A stretch of 64,000 nt of DNA from Balamuthia mandrillaris (taxonomy: Eukaryota). Positions within the stretch are counted from its first letter, which is position 1. Every line of letters starts with the position of its first letter. The DNA is taken from contig JAVKOQ020000070.1 of the NCBI GenBank assembly GCA_031835245.2, positions 62,001 to 126,000 of the forward strand, in the 5' to 3' direction. Below, one piece after another: positions 63,991-64,000 of the stretch. Under the pieces are notes generated by a model. It saw only the letters and a list, made by a program, of their open reading frames with translations, was not told the DNA's origin and searched no databases. The position numbers and the translations under genes are program-made.

Positions 63991-64000
63991 CGTTTCTTTA

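Overview
Gene-dense, intron-rich eukaryotic nuclear DNA. The gene content and intron style suggest an amoebozoan (Balamuthia/Acanthamoeba-like); this is inference. I can reconstruct about 22 protein genes by hand-splicing short GT-AG introns that are often filled with microsatellites: a PH-domain protein (partial), a peroxisomal ABCD transporter, a beta-helix membrane protein, a tandem double BPI/LBP protein, PPP1R21 (FERRY subunit), an ankyrin-Rab-FYVE fusion, a small Tim, two rhodaneses, an F-box-ankyrin protein, a cytochrome P450, an intronless 2742-aa TEP1-like protein (TROVE-vWA-DUF4062-NACHT-WD40), Rpn1/PSMD2, a WW/RGG/RS protein, a divergent beta-tubulin, a trypsin-fold pseudoprotease, an O-methyltransferase, an F-box-LRR protein with a RanBP2 zinc finger, a RhoBTB/RacA with an embedded U-box, and several unknowns. 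Most long ORFs in the supplied track are microsatellite or antisense artefacts. The most notable items are the TEP1 locus (RGG insert, no introns, possible structured ncRNA just upstream), several unusual domain fusions, an intronic long hairpin/MITE, tandem B-boxes, a recurring promoter motif and an ankyrin pseudogene relic. All structures and domain calls were made by eye.
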